Below the pieces are notes generated by a model. That model had not been told where the DNA came from and searched no databases. It saw only the letters and a program-made list of their open reading frames with translations. Position numbers and translations under genes: made by a program. A stretch of DNA of 64,000 nucleotides from Mobula hypostoma. Its lineage: Eukaryota. Positions 11,315-24,446 of the stretch are shown here, piece by piece (within the stretch, counting starts at the first letter, position 1; each line of letters begins with the position of its first letter). The DNA is taken from assembly GCF_963921235.1 (NCBI RefSeq), contig NC_086108.1, positions 86,616,001 through 86,680,000 of the forward strand, read 5' to 3'.

Positions 11315-12637
11315 CCAAAAGACCATAAGATGTAGGAGCAGAATTAGGCCATTTGGCCCATCAATTCTGCTCCACCATTTCATCATGGCTGATCCAATTT
11401 TCCTCTCAGACTCAGTCTCCTGCCTTCTCCCTATATCCATTCATGCCCTAAGCACCCAAGGATCTAGCAACCTCTGCCTTAAATATGCATACATACTTGG
11501 CAACCACAGCTGTCTGGGGCAAAGAATTCTACAAATTCACCACTTTCTGGCTGAAGAAATTCCTCCTCATCTCCATTCTAAAAGGATGCCTCTCTGTTCT
11601 GTGGTTGTGTCCTTTGGTCTTAGACTCTCCCTCCGTAGGAAACATACTCTTCACCTCCACTTTATCAAGACCTTTCACCATTCCATACAACCACGACATA
11701 GGAGCAGAATTAGACCATTCAGCTCAACAAGTCCAATTTCATCGCGGTCGATCCCAGATCCCATTCAACCCCATACACCTGCCTCTCACCATATCCCTTG
11801 ACTCCCTGACTAATCAGGAATCGATAGTCAGCATCATCATTCAATGGGTTTCAATTAGGTCACTCCTCATTATTTGAATTCTAGTGAATACAGGCCTTGG
11901 GCCATAAGCACTCTTCATATGACAAGCCATTCAATCCTGGAATCATTTTTGTAAACACTGTTTGAACCCTCTTCAGTTTCAGCACATCATTTCTGAAAAC
12001 TGCTCACAATACTCCAGGTGAGGCATTATCAGTGCTTTATAAAGTTTCAACATTATATCCTCGCTTTTATATTCGAGTCCACTTGAAATAAATGCTAACA
12101 TTGCATTTGACTTCCTCTCCACAGACTCAACCTGCAAATTACCCTTTAGGGAATCCTACATAAGGACTCCCAATTCCCTTTGCACCTCAGTTTTTTTGTA
12201 TTTTCTCTTGATTTAGAAAATAGTCAACCCTTTCATTTCTTCTAAGAAAATGCATGACCATACACTGTCCGACACTATATTCTATCTGCCATTTCTTTGC
12301 ACATTCTCCTAATCTATCTAAGTCCTTCTGTAGCCCCTGTACTTCCTCAAAACTACCTGCCCCTCACCTGTCTTCTTGACAGCTGCAAACTTTACATCAA
12401 AGCCATCAATTCCATCATCCAAATCATTGACGTAAAACATAAAAAGAATCAGTCCCAACACAAACCCCTGTGGAACAGCACTAGTCTCTGGCAGCCAGCC
12501 AGAAAAAGCTCCCTTTATTCCCAATCTTTGCCTCCTACCAATCAGCCACTGTTTTATCCATGTGAGGGTCTTTCCAGTAGTAGCATGGGCTCATAGCTTG
12601 TTAAGCAGCCTCATGTGTGGCAACTTGTCAAAGGCCT
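11315..12637 (-). mobile_element. CR1 LINE fragment (RT to 3' end) with a second CR1 3' end nested at ~11685-11835
   Basis: Minus ORF 12318-12524 (SAVPQGFVLGLILFMFYVNDLDDG..KFA); tail GACCATAAGA at 11321; second tail CCACGACATAGGAGCAGAATTAG at ~11691. Confidence 0.9.
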
Positions 12638-12719
12638 GAAACCACATCCTTAACAATCAACCCCAATATCTTTCCAACTACTGAGGTCAGACTAACTTTT
12701 CCTTTCTTCTTCCTCTCTC

Positions 12720-12900
12720 TCTGCTAGAAGAGTGAAGTGATACTTGAGAAGGTTCCTCATCCACCCTGCCTCTCCCTCTCCAATAGCGAAAGAACCCTGG
12801 ACTGTGGCCATTGTGGTAGCTACACTAAGTTTCATTTTGTCCCTCACCACGTACCCCTGCAGCCTGGAATGTGCCATTCAGCAGCATTTGGACATCACCA
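12720..12900 (-). mobile_element. Tx1-like LINE 3' fragment
   Basis: ORF 12692-12877 begins MAHSRLQGYVVRDKMKLSVA, homologous to the 8590-9110 C-terminus. Confidence 0.55.
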
Positions 12901-13220
12901 TTTCCCCCTACCTACAAAATGCAGGAGGAACTCAGCAGGTCAGGCAGCATTTATGGAATTATAGAATCGATGCTTTGGGCAGAGGCACCCTCTACCGATG
13001 GTGCTTGAACCGTTGAGTTCCACCAACACTTTCTTTGCTCCAGATTCCAGATTCTGCAATTACTTGCGCTGTTTGAAAAGAATCACTCAAATGCAAATTA
13101 TTATGAGGCATCACTTTCCCTCAAGTGGTTTTAGAAAAATGTTAGGCTATTGTATCCGAATTTGGTGCAAATTTCCACTCATAAAAACTGTGCAATCATG
13201 CCATTTCCTCTTATTCCTCC

Positions 13221-13980
13221 AGATAAGTGTGAAGTGGTTGATCTTGGTAGGTCTAATTTGAACACAGAATACAGTATTAATAGTAAGACTCTTGGTAGCG
13301 TGGAGGATAAGAGAGATCTTGGAGTCCATGTCCACAGGACGCTGAAAACTGTTGTGCAGGTTGACAGTGTTGTTCATAAGGCACATGTGATGGCATTCAT
13401 CGACCGTGGGATTGAGTTCCAAGAGCCGTGAGGTAATGTTACAGCTATATAAGACCTTGGTCAGACACCATTTGGAGTACTGTGTTCAGTTCTGGTCACT
13501 TCACTACAGGAAGGATGTGGATACTATACAAAGAGTGCAGAGAGATTTACAAGGATGGTGCCTAGATTGGAAGTAAGCCTTATGAGAATAGATTGACTGA
13601 ACTTGGCCTTTTCTCCTTGGAGTGATGGAGGATGAGAGGTGACCTGATAGAAGTGTATAAGATGATGAGAGGCATTGATCGCGTGGACATCCAGATGCTT
13701 TCTCCCAGTGCTGAAGTGGCCAACATGAGGGGGCATAATTTTAAGGTGCTTGGTAGTAGTTGATGCCAGGGGTATATTTTTCACACAGAGTGGTGGCTGT
13801 GTGGAATGCACTACCAGCGACAGTGGTGGAGGTGGATACAATAGGGTCTTCTAAGAGCCTCTTAGGTAGGTACTTGGAGCTTAGAAAAATAGAGGGCTAT
13901 GCTGTAGGGAAATTCTAGGCAGTTTCTAGAGTAGATTGCATAGTCAGCCCAGCATTGTGGGCCGTATGTTCTGTGTTCTA
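13221..13980 (+). mobile_element. CR1 LINE 3' fragment
   Basis: DKCEVVDLGRSN..EDKRDLGVHVHRTLK..; LEYCVQFWS; TATGTTCTGTGTTCTA tail. Confidence 0.92.
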
Positions 13981-14169
13981 AATTCCTAGAAATTAAGGAG
14001 AGGTAACACTGGGTTAAAACTTTGCTGCCTTGGAATCAGAATGAGACTTTCAGACCTATCCACAAAAACCAAAGAATACTGAATGCCATTGCTCTATTGT
14101 TAAAGTAAATAGATTTGCAAATATCCTGCACTTAAGCCAATATTCATTGTGTTGGTAACCGGACTGGAA

Positions 14170-14920
14170 AACAATCAGAATTAGAATCAGAATCAGGTTT
14201 AATATCCCTGACATATGTCGTGAAATCTGTTGTTTTGTGGCAGAAGTATAGTGCAATACATAAAATGTATTATAAATTGCCATAAGAAATATCTGTAAAA
14301 TACAAATTAAATTAGTATAAAAGAGAGCAAAAATAGTGAGGTAGTGTTCACAAACATAAGAAAATCTGCAGATGTTGAAAATCCAAGGCAACACAACAAA
14401 ATACTGGAGACGCTCAGCAGGCCAGGCAGCATCTATGAAAAGGGATAAACATTTCAGGTCAATACCCTTCATCTGGACTGGAAAAAACAGATGAGAAGTC
14501 AGAGGAGAAGTTGGGGTGGGGTGGAAGAAGTACAAGATGGTAGGTGATAAATGAAACCAGGAAATGGGGAGGAGTGAAGTAAAGAGCTGGGCAGTTGATT
14601 GGTGAAAGAGATAGAGGGTTGGAGGAGGGGGAATCTGATAGGGGAGACTGGAAGACCACAGAAGAAAGGGAAAGAGGAGGATCACCAGAGGGGGTTGATG
14701 AGCAGTTAAGAAAAACAGGTAAGAGAGGGAAACAGGGATGGGGAATGGCGAATGGCGAAAGAAGAAACAATTACTGTAAGTTCAAGAAATCGCCGGGTTA
14801 GTTTATTGTGCATTCAGAAATCTGATGGGAAAGGGGAAAGAGCTATTCCTAAAACATTGACTGCATATCTTTAGGTGGAAATAAGGAAAGAGCATGTCCT
14901 GGGTAACGGGGATAATGGTA
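14170..14920 (-). mobile_element. Rex1/Babar-like 3' end with a Penelope-like 3' fragment nested at ~14350-14795
   Basis: (AATCAG)n tail at 14172-14196; nested CTGCAGATGTTGAAAATCC..GCAGGCCAGGCAGCATC plus purine-rich UTR; host resumes CATTCAGAAATCTGATGG. Confidence 0.75.
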
Positions 14921-17090
14921 GCAGCCTGGATTTATGTGTCTATTCAGGGTAGTTACTTCTGACGCCTCATTATCCACATTAAGTGCAAATGGATGAATCC
15001 AAAGAGAATTTCCAGGCCCCTCATCATTAATCAGCTTCAAAGTGCTTTTAGAGTTTCAGACAGACCCCACAAGGAGGTAAATACATGTATAAGTCTGTTT
15101 GGTAGTTATAAATTTTATAATCCCCCTTCCCATATGTATTTAATATTCACATGTATTAATGTCAACAGAAGTTAAATTAGAGCACAAAGTATAATTTCCA
15201 TTGCTGCTGTAGTTACTGAAGATCAAACTGGAAACTGGAGTGCGCTGGATTCAATTTTTGAGTTTATCAAGTTGGGAATGTTTTTTTGTCGCTTTCCGAA
15301 CGGTGATTAAATACAGCATATAAGAAGAATTGAAAATGAGCTATTATCACTTCTCAGGATGTCACATGGCCACGCTTCACAGAGACTGCTCTCACTCTCG
15401 GTCAGTTGAGCGTTTTTCAATTAAAATTTAAGCCTCGTTAAGCTGGTGGATTTTATGACAGCAAAATGTCACGTCTTATCAGCAAAAAGGTGCCCAATGG
15501 ACATTAACTGAACAATTGAGCATTAACTACCGAAGTTCTCTTAGTGTCACGTAAAACTTCTACACGGGGAATAGCTGTAATCTTTGAATTCATACAACTT
15601 TCTCCTTATTTAAAAATATAGAGATTTGGGTTCTAGGCAGCTGGGGATAAGGTACTGCTAAATGCCACACACTCTCAACTTGATTATTTACAAAAAGTGG
15701 GTTTGATCTCCCCCACCTCATATTTGTATTAAACTTTGATCACAACCCTTCTGATGTACAATTTTGTTTGCTGTGGTGCTATTCTGATCAGTTATGAGGT
15801 AAATTCCCTATCAAGTAATCTAATTCATGTTATTTGCTATGAGTGAGACGGGAATTTGTTCTTAATCTCTTGTTTCACACGTGTGCATTAGTATTAGCTG
15901 TTGGCTACACACTCCCTGTATTTCAGAAGGTGTGCTCTCATTTGCTGGATACACGCTCACTGGTTTCAGATGTACTGCGGAAGAAGTCTTACTGAGTTGC
16001 TGCACTACAGTTTGTGAATCTCAGAGAATGCAACTCATCTTCCAGGGCAGGGAGCGTATGTTTAATAGAGACAAAGAGAAAATTGAGTTGCAGGATGAAC
16101 TCAGAAGGGGTCAGGCACAGAGCAAAGTGCTCAGTCAACATTTGAGGTCAGGAACCTTTCCCAACATATGTTTACAACTGGGTGTCAATGATGAGTGCTA
16201 CTTTATCCTGAGTGGTGTCAAACATCTTCCATGTTTTTGGAGGTGAGTTCATCCGGGCAAATGGAGAGAACTCCATTACAATGTGGCAGTTCTTGCAAAG
16301 GATTTGAGGAATCAAGAGATGAATCGGCCACTGCAGAGCTCCTGGACTCCAGCCTGCTTTTGTCCATGAGTGGTCTACAAGCTTTCACCTGTTGCAACCA
16401 TCGGTCGCTAAGTAAAGATTATTTGTTCACTAAGTTCATAACCTGTAACAAAGTCCATTGTAGCATGTATAGACTGATACAAAAATCTCATAGAAGGTGC
16501 ATATGGTTTATTGAAACCTGCTACACAGATAATCTTTAGAATTTATATTGTTGAAGCTCAGAGAGCTGTTTGCAACATTGCACAATCCTTAAAGGGATGA
16601 CTATTTTAAAGGGAAGAAGGATATACTGTTCACACCAATATTACCTATGCTGCAAGACTTTGATATTGGTAATATTATTAACTGGGATAAGGAGATGGTT
16701 GTACTTTCTCTTGTTGCAGATGATTGTTGCCTGGCACTTTTGTAGTGCATCTGCTTTGTCAGACCAAAGTGCTAATATGTTTTAATTAATGTTTTACTTC
16801 TCCATTATGATTATTCTGCAGGAAAATTTGCAGGTGCTAAATTGTTGTCGGTGAAAAGCAGTCAACGTAGGTGTTCTACATTTCTGTTAATGGTTCATCT
16901 GACGTGCTATTGAATCATTGTGCTAATTCAGGTATTTACATTTCTGCTTCTCTTGCTGCTTCAAGTGAATTCTTTCTTCTCTGAGAAGTGCCAGAAAGCT
17001 GAATTCCCACAGATAGCAGAGGTTATGGATGACTACAGACACAGAGTGACTACAGAACTCACACACATTCCCATTTGAAATGGACCCACC

Positions 17091-18836
17091 CAGGGCTGGA
17101 TTTAGTGGGGCCGGGGCCCCTGGTCTGGAGGCCCTGATGGGCCGCTGCCACCACTGTAAAATGCTGCTGTACCAAGCAATAAAAGGCAAGAACAAGCGCA
17201 AAGGTCATACGGATCTAAATATCAAAGCTGTGGACCAAGACATTGGTTTAGTACAATACGTAGGCTATAAACTTACAGGCCTTAAGAGGGAGGACAGAAA
17301 GTAATGCAGATTCTTAGATTGAAGGAGAGCATCTAAAGCACTCTAAAATTGACCTCAGCTTAGTTGGCTTAGTAAAGTTATGAGGGAGACAAGGTATGAT
17401 GTACCCAACCTTATATTTAGCTATTGCTGCAAATACCATAGGCCTTGTTTCTCAAATAATGCCAAAGTATTTTTATCTGGTATTTTTCTCAACCGTGTGT
17501 TCTCAGAAAGTAAAATGGAAATGAGAGACAAAAAGGCCAAGAGGGATGGCACTATGGCAAACTAGGAAACTTGACAATACTCCAACAATCTTTTTGAAAA
17601 GTGATATCTAGCACATATTAACCTATTGCTGAGCTGTGTGGCTTGCAGAGTAAAGACCACTTATTACTTACTAGGTTTGTAAACAGTCAACTATTAGCCT
17701 ATTGCCACAAAAATAGGAACAGCACTGACACACAAGCCTAGATATTTACAAAGTCAGATGCTTGTTTTTCAAAATTAAAGTGATATCAGAGTAAGATGAC
17801 TCAGCTGTCCTGTCACATTGTGGATCTGAGCCTATGTAGTTGCCGTTATCAGACCTGCCAAATATGTCACTGGAGCCTCGGTTAGCCAGTCCCCTCTCGA
17901 CCAAAAGCTTCACAACCACCAACACTCTTCTCAATACATCGGTCCAGTAGACACACTCTGACTCAAACTGCTTTTGCAGTTCTGTATCTATTCTTCCGCT
18001 GTCAGACGCTAGTGTAGCGTAGGTCAGTATCGTTTTCCTGCTGTGTTCACTATTTTCATGCTGTCCTATGCATGCAGCGGCATGTTTCCAGTCATTAAAG
18101 CCAGTTTTGAAGATGACAGTTACCATCACTGAAGATGCAGCATGCAAAACAAAACACACAGCCGGTGGAAGGGGAATATAAGAGCCATTGCCTTGATATG
18201 TACTCACCGTTTACGAGCTTGCGTTTGAAGTGAAATTTGGAGAAAAAACATTTCTGCTATTTGTATACTCGTTCCAAAGCTTCGATATCCACATCCTTAT
18301 TCTAGCAGGACTCCGGCCCTTTCTTAGCCCAGTACGCTCGGACTGAATCATCTAACGTTTCTTTTCCCCAGCGAGCAGGATCAGTGCTGTAAGGATCCTC
18401 AGTAACGGTAACATTAACATTAATAGCGGCCCGACTTGGTTGTTCAGAAGCCTCTGTGGTCAGGAACCCCAAAGTCATGCTCCCTGCCTCATCAACGTTA
18501 GCTGCTGACTGTGGCAAGGACGGAGGTCCTGTGCTAACGCTGGTGCTAGCGCTAGCTGTTGAACAAGTCTCCATTTGTCCACCGGTCTCAGACTGTGACA
18601 AGAGCAATGGTACTGCTGCACCATCGAGAACAGGTTTAAAAAATTCTGTTAATTTCTATGTCTTTTTTAATACTTCTTTCACACGGTCATCTTTTTCTTG
18701 TTTATTTTTTCTTTTCTGTGCTCCACTCTCGTATTTTTTTTTGTCCACCATGATGATAGCTACCTATTTTGGGCCCCTCTGCAGCTCGGGCCCCTGGGCT
18801 GCAGCCCAGCCTAGCCCTGCCCAAAGTCCAGCCCTG
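17091..18836 (-). mobile_element. Internally deleted hAT transposon (Tip100/ZMYM1-like transposase N-terminus)
   Basis: TIRs CAGGGCTGGA..TCCAGCCCTG; 8-bp TSD GACCCACC (17083-17090) / GACCTACC (18837-18844); minus peptides MVDKKKYESGAQKRK (ATG 18751), TDPARW, GFNDWKHAAACIGQHENSEH, YWTDVLRRVLVVVKLLVERGLANRG..DNGNYIG. Confidence 0.93.
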
Positions 18837-19177
18837 GACCTACCCCATTGCCCTCTAGCAGCAGGTGTTTCAAATTCCAAAACCAATAAGATCAAAGACA
18901 AATTCAAGCATAATAGATTAACTTTAATCAATCTATCTATTCCAATACAAGAAAACATCTGGCAAAATATTACATCAGAAAGTTTATTTCAACTTGTATT
19001 AGGCTCTAACACTATCATATTGGATATTAGGAATTTGGAATAAAGAAGAATGCTGGAAATACTCAAAGGGTCAGGCAGCATTTGTAGAAAGAGGAGAGTT
19101 AAGTTTGATTCTCCCTGTATGGAAGCTGCCTGATCAGCTGAGTATTTTTCTGTTTTTGTTACTAGCATTTAGAAATG

Positions 19178-19755
19178 AACATAGAACATTACAGCACAGT
19201 ACAGGCCCCTTGGCCCTCAATGTTGTACCGATCTTTTAACCTATTATAAAATCAATCAATCCTTCCCTCCTGCATAGCCTTCCATTTTCCTATCATACAT
19301 GTGCCTATCTATTTCTAAAATGCTCCTAATGTATTTGCCTCTACCACCACCCTTGGCAGAGCATTCCACGCACCCACGCACTATCTGTGAAAAAAACATG
19401 CATTTCACATATCCCCTATACTTTCCTCCAGTCACCGTAAAATTATGCCCCCTTGTATTAGCCATTTCCACCCTGGGAGAAAGTCTCTGGCTATCCACTC
19501 AATCAATGCCTCTTATCATTTTATATACTTCTGTCAAGTTACCTCATATCCTCACTTTCTCCAAGGATAAAACCCTAGCTCACTCAACCTTTCCTCATAA
19601 GACATACTCTTTAATTCTTGCAGCATCCTGGTAAATCTCCTCTGCGCCTTCGCTAAAACTTCCATATCCTTCCTATAATGAGGTGACCAGATGGAACAAT
19701 ATTCCAAGCGTGGCCTAACCAGAGTTTTATAGAACTCACAACTCTTGAACTCCAA
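19178..19755 (-). mobile_element. CR1 LINE 3' fragment
   Basis: Minus ORFs YKTLVRPRLEYCSIWSPHYRKD (19552-19755) and ANTRGHNFTV (19256-19498); AACATAGAAC tail. Confidence 0.92.
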
Positions 19756-21764
19756 AAAATAGAGTGCAATTGAATTTCAAGCTCTCAGTAAGAAGGCCAT
19801 TAAATGAAAGATACTTCTGATGCACACTACTTATTTTTGAATTTTGTCTCTCTCAGGGAATACCTGAAGCATGGATCATAAACTCTTCAGCAGTCTGAAG
19901 TTCCAGCCTACAGTCACAGCAGGAGAAACTCCACACCAGCAGTTCAGGTCCTGCAACAGCAAGTGGTTGTGTTCAAATGTGATTAGTAGGTGGAGGCAGC
20001 ATGCAGGCAAGGACTACAATTTTGCTTGATGAATGGAGATCGGTAATTGATAGAGATTTGAGAGTGATGTAGGTGGGAAATAGGAGGGTCGTAAGCCAAG
20101 CCTTGAAATAAATAATCTAAAGAAGAGAGGTTTCTGGCACAAGGCTGGGATCTTTCAGAGAGATCCACCTGATTTCACAGAAGCAAGTCTCACCTGCCAG
20201 TATGTGTCCTCAATCCAAGAACATGATCTCTCTGATACCGTGTGAACTCTTCACTGGTAAGGTAACCTCACAACTAATGAGTGGACTCACCACTGATGTG
20301 TGAACTCATCACTGGTGTGTGGCCAACTCTTAATACGTTGAAAGCTGACTTTAACAGAGTGACTTGAGAACCAGTGCAGACCAAGCTAAGAAGAATAAAA
20401 GTCCCAGCAGTTGTACTCAATTGCCCATCATGGACATCAATGTACGTGTCCACAATTCTTCATATTTTCACAGCAGGCACTGAGAGAAAGCTCAAATAAA
20501 ATCAGTCTTCATGCATGGCATTATGACCTCCCAGATTTCATTCCTACTTTGTCAATGAATTAGACTGTGCTTTGCATACAAATCAAACACTATGTGATTT
20601 AATTTCTAAGCATTTATGCTATTTATATTATAAATTACTGTAATCTATAGTGAAAAAGATTTCTTCAGCCTCCAAGATAACAATATTTATGTTCACATCC
20701 ATGCCAATTGATGACCATCAATGTAATTTTATTGCTTCGAATGAGATCAGCAATTAACCCAAATTTACACAAAGAACAGTCAGATAACTGATCACATTCA
20801 ATGGCTGTTAATAGTGAGTGATAAACATCAGCTAGAATGTCAGAGGAAACACTTTGTTCTTTTAATTTTTATATAAACTTCCACTGGGGTTTGAAGTCAA
20901 ACTGTTGATTAGAAATCAGACTATCATTCTCAGGTAACTTGAACTCTTCAGTGAACTCACACTTTTAATATCAAATCATTTAAAATTAATATATCTTAGG
21001 CTCTTGTTTTGTGCATAAGACATAGGAGCAAAATTAGGCCATTCAGCCCATTGAGTCTGTTCCATCATCATTGCTGATTTATTATCCCCCTCAACCCCAT
21101 TAGCCTGACTTCTCCCCAAAACCTTTGAAATGAATGACAGCAGTGGAATTTTTAATGGAATTATAAAGCACAAAATGAGGCTGCTCAATCCATCATGCCT
21201 GTGATAGCTCTTAGAAACAATTACCAAATTAATCCCATTTAACAGCTTGTTTTTCCTAAGACTTGTAATTAATATTTCCATGACTCTGACTAAGGAGCCT
21301 ATTATAAATTACTGCAGTCCATAGTGAAAAAGATTTCTTCAGCCTCCAAGATAACGAATATAGTTTTGTCCAAGTTAAACTCATTGCACATAACAATAAA
21401 TTTAGCTTGAATGATCCATTATAGAATAATTTCTGCACAAGAAGTTGCCATTGCTGCATAAGTTAGATGCTTGAAGCATCACGTTAATGACGAGATACAT
21501 CTCTGGCAATTAGCTTTAATTAAGTAATGTACTAGAAAATTTTCAAGTGATAAACTACAGATCTGGAATATTAAACATTATATACCAAATATCTATGAAT
21601 CTGTATCAAATTCCCATCAATCCCTATTCACCTGTTAACACAGTTCCACCTTCTGTAAACACCCACAAAGTCACAATGGAGTGATGTTGTTAGTGTTAAC
21701 TCCACTTAGTTTGGCTCCAAAAGTCAATCTAGTTCAGAAACTATTCTAAACAGTTTCTCTCCAG

Positions 21765-21886
21765 CTGAAGGGTTTCGGCAGGAAACGTCGACTGTACACC
21801 CTTTCCCTAGATGCTGCCTGGCCTGCTGAGATGCTCCAGTATTTTGTGTATGTTTCCCAGATTTCCAGCATCTGCAGATTTTCTCT
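21765..21886 (+). mobile_element. Penelope-like terminal fragment with 13-bp TSD and 3' half of a hammerhead motif
   Basis: TSD AGTTTCTCTCCAG at 21752-21764 and 21887-21899; insert starts CTGAAGGGTTTCGGCAGGAAACGTCGACTG. Confidence 0.8.
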
Positions 21887-22180
21887 AGTTTCTCTCCAGT
21901 GCTGAGCTCTCTTTTGAGCCACAAAGGCTTAGACTGCCTCTTCTGACTCTATCCTGTTTAATGGGTGTGTTGTGATTGATGGCTAAAGACATTATGCAAG
22001 CACTTGGGCACTATTATCTGATTATCTGGGCTCCAGACACAGTAAATATGTTGTCTCTGAAGTCATAGACTCTGAGCTGGCAGGGCGTCAATTCTCAGCA
22101 GTCTTGTTTACCCATCGCCAAAATAATCTAATTGCGGTACAACCTTTTTGGTTGTTATGCTGAGTGTGCTGATGTGTACT

Positions 22181-22184
<4 letters not shown>

Positions 22185-22235
<51 letters not shown>
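22185..22235. repeat. (GT)n microsatellite
   Basis: About 25 perfect TG units. Confidence 0.98.
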
Positions 22236-22236
<1 letters not shown>

Positions 22237-22754
22237 CCTGTTCCTTAGGTTATAATAGCAAATCTGCCAAATTATACAATATACTCTGAAGAGAAAATAA
22301 ATATTTAAAGATGCCTAAGCACAGGTTAGAACTCAACAGGTGTTAACAGCTGAGTTTTTCAGTCCTAGTTATTAAGAGATTACTGGCTGCTTTGGAAAAT
22401 GGGAATGCTGCCCAGACATAATGAAGGAAGAGACACAACAAAAGCAGGGCAAAAGATGGGAAGGAACTCAACTAACAGGGAGCATACCCACACATGATGG
22501 AGGCCATGCCTTCACACACCTGAATTGCCTTCTGAAAAAAACTGGAAGGTCTTGGCGCACCCCAGTATCATGCTATGTCCATGGTCATTATCAGTTATAT
22601 ACCTTTCGTTCTCACAAGAACTACGTGTTGGTATTACAGCACTGTGAAGCTCTTCCAGTACTTCTTGCTTTAATTAAGATTTCCAGCATCCTTAGCAAGC
22701 TGTCATGTTCATCATCATGTCAGCCAGAGGCCATCCTGGCCAATTTAAAGAGCT

Positions 22755-22945
22755 GTTCTGTTGGGGATGGAGCAGCCAATTTGCATACAGTAAGTTCTCA
22801 CAAGCAGCAATGGCATACTGACAAGAGAATCTGCTCACGTGATTTTAGTTAACTGTGGGCTCCAGCATCAGGAGTACTTCTTCAGCAAAGTGACGCTGAG
22901 GGATAACTTTTGTTCCCCTGAATGGAGCATATCCGGTTTAACATG
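22755..22945 (+). mobile_element. Deu-domain SINE remnant
   Basis: GCAGCCAATTTGCATACAGTAAGTTCTCACAAGCAGCAATG..CCGGTTTAACAT resembles the DeuSINE central domain; related copies at ~25775-25880 (-) and ~27270-27415 (+). Confidence 0.55.
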
Positions 22946-23129
22946 GATCTGGTGAAGCACAGCGACATCTTGCAGGTAACAAAGAAAACAAAACTATAAA
23001 TTACTGAATTAATCACACTTTTTCCTCAGATATGAGCACCGCAATCAATAGCCTGTAACTTCCTTTTTGGAGTTGACCCTTTGAACAGCCTGTATGACCT
23101 GGCATTGTTGCCGAGTGATCTAAAGTCTC

Positions 23130-23730
23130 GAAGGTGCAAGGCGGTTGCTACATGGTGAGTGCAAACCGAATCCAGTGCAGTGGGGTTGGGCCCAAGAGAG
23201 GGAAATGAGCTAATATTTGGCCATTGCTGGAGCAGATTTGGAGGCGATTCGATGCAGCAGAACTGAGACGAGTGGCGGTGAGGCAAGCAGAGACAAGGCA
23301 GAATCGAGGGAGTGGTGCCTGGTCTGGAGAAAAGAGTGAAGAACAATGCGGCTTGGCAGATTTAAGCACCAGGCCTGATTGAAAAGGTCAGGTCGCTCAG
23401 CCTGGAGGCGAGGAACGGCCCGGTGTTCAGCTTATTGCTCTGCCAACGACTGCTCATCCCTGCGCTGAACTGAGGTTGTGGCCTGCAACTAACGGGCTCC
23501 GGGATTGGCTGCAGTGATGACTGGCTTCATGGCTACGGATTCTCTTTTGTGAACTTCAGTTCTGAATGATACCTGCTTATTTTTATTGCTTGGAAAATTT
23601 GTTTTTTCTCCCCCTGCACACTGGGTGTTTATGGCTTTCTTTTTTTAAATGAGTTCTATTTTTTTTTGTATTGTGGCTGCCTGTAAGGAGAAAAATCTCA
23701 AGGTTGATTATAAATGTGCTTTGAACTTTG
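23130..23730 (+). repeat. Uninterrupted copy of the repeat family at 1-985
   Basis: Collinear similarity (GATTTAAG, AAAAGGTCA, CTG(C/T)GCTGAACTGAG, GCCTGCAACTAAC, CTTTGAACTTTGA tail). Confidence 0.7.
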
Positions 23731-24446
23731 ATGGTTTTAATGGCTTACACAAAAATTACACATATGACAGCACAGTACATCCTCGGTCCTGAGTGAGAGA
23801 GGGCCAGATTAGAGTGCACTGCACAAATCCTTGATGTGATTGTTGAACCTGGAAGCCTTGCTTCAAGAGGTGCCAGTGTTGCCAGCTGAGCAACTGCTAA
23901 TGCACTTATGCCTGCTTCTCCAAGCTTAAGATATCATTGACTACCCAGGTCGAGCTGCAAATGAGCCTCTGTGAACTGCAAAGACCACCAGTCCTCCTGC
24001 CTCTGATCCTAACAGCTTGCCAAACAATTCTACGTTGGCTCTCATGGCACTCACCGTGTTTAACCAGTCCTCCCGCTTCCACTCTGATAGTTAGTGGGAC
24101 ACTGGCCGCTTACGGTGTGGGCTTTGTCCTGTTGACCTACAGGTGTAGACACCTGGCACATCCAAGCAGAAATTTTTCTGTCTACACAGGCTCTTCCTTC
24201 AATGCACCTCGCAGGAATGTGACTGGAGGTGCAAGTGTGTGCATGATGCATATTATAACTGTGGAATGCAGAGGCAACTTTGGGAGAGAACCACCACCCA
24301 GAGCGCAAAGGACATTCAGCAGTTATCAAGGATGATGAAAAGTGCCACCAGTAGGTTACAGCTACCTTGGCAACAGGCCATTGAACCGTGTTGTAGCTGT
24401 ACAACAAGTTTCCATATATTACCAGCTATATCCAGCAACCCAACTA

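Noticed and set aside
14056..14685. 209-aa hydrophobic ORF
   Set aside because: Runs across Penelope UTR and Rex-like tail sequence; low complexity, no domain.
15881..16539. Overlapping 121-aa and 114-aa ORFs in unique DNA
   Set aside because: No recognisable domain or coding-like composition.
18456..19043. 195-aa plus-strand ORF
   Set aside because: Antisense to the hAT transposase and crosses the element boundary.
19857..20030. Plus-strand acceptor followed by a 52-aa ORF
   Set aside because: No convincing donor, no read-through frame from the acceptor, no homology.
20194..20385. 192-nt minus-strand coding exon candidate
   Set aside because: Stops in all three frames; no recognisable peptide.
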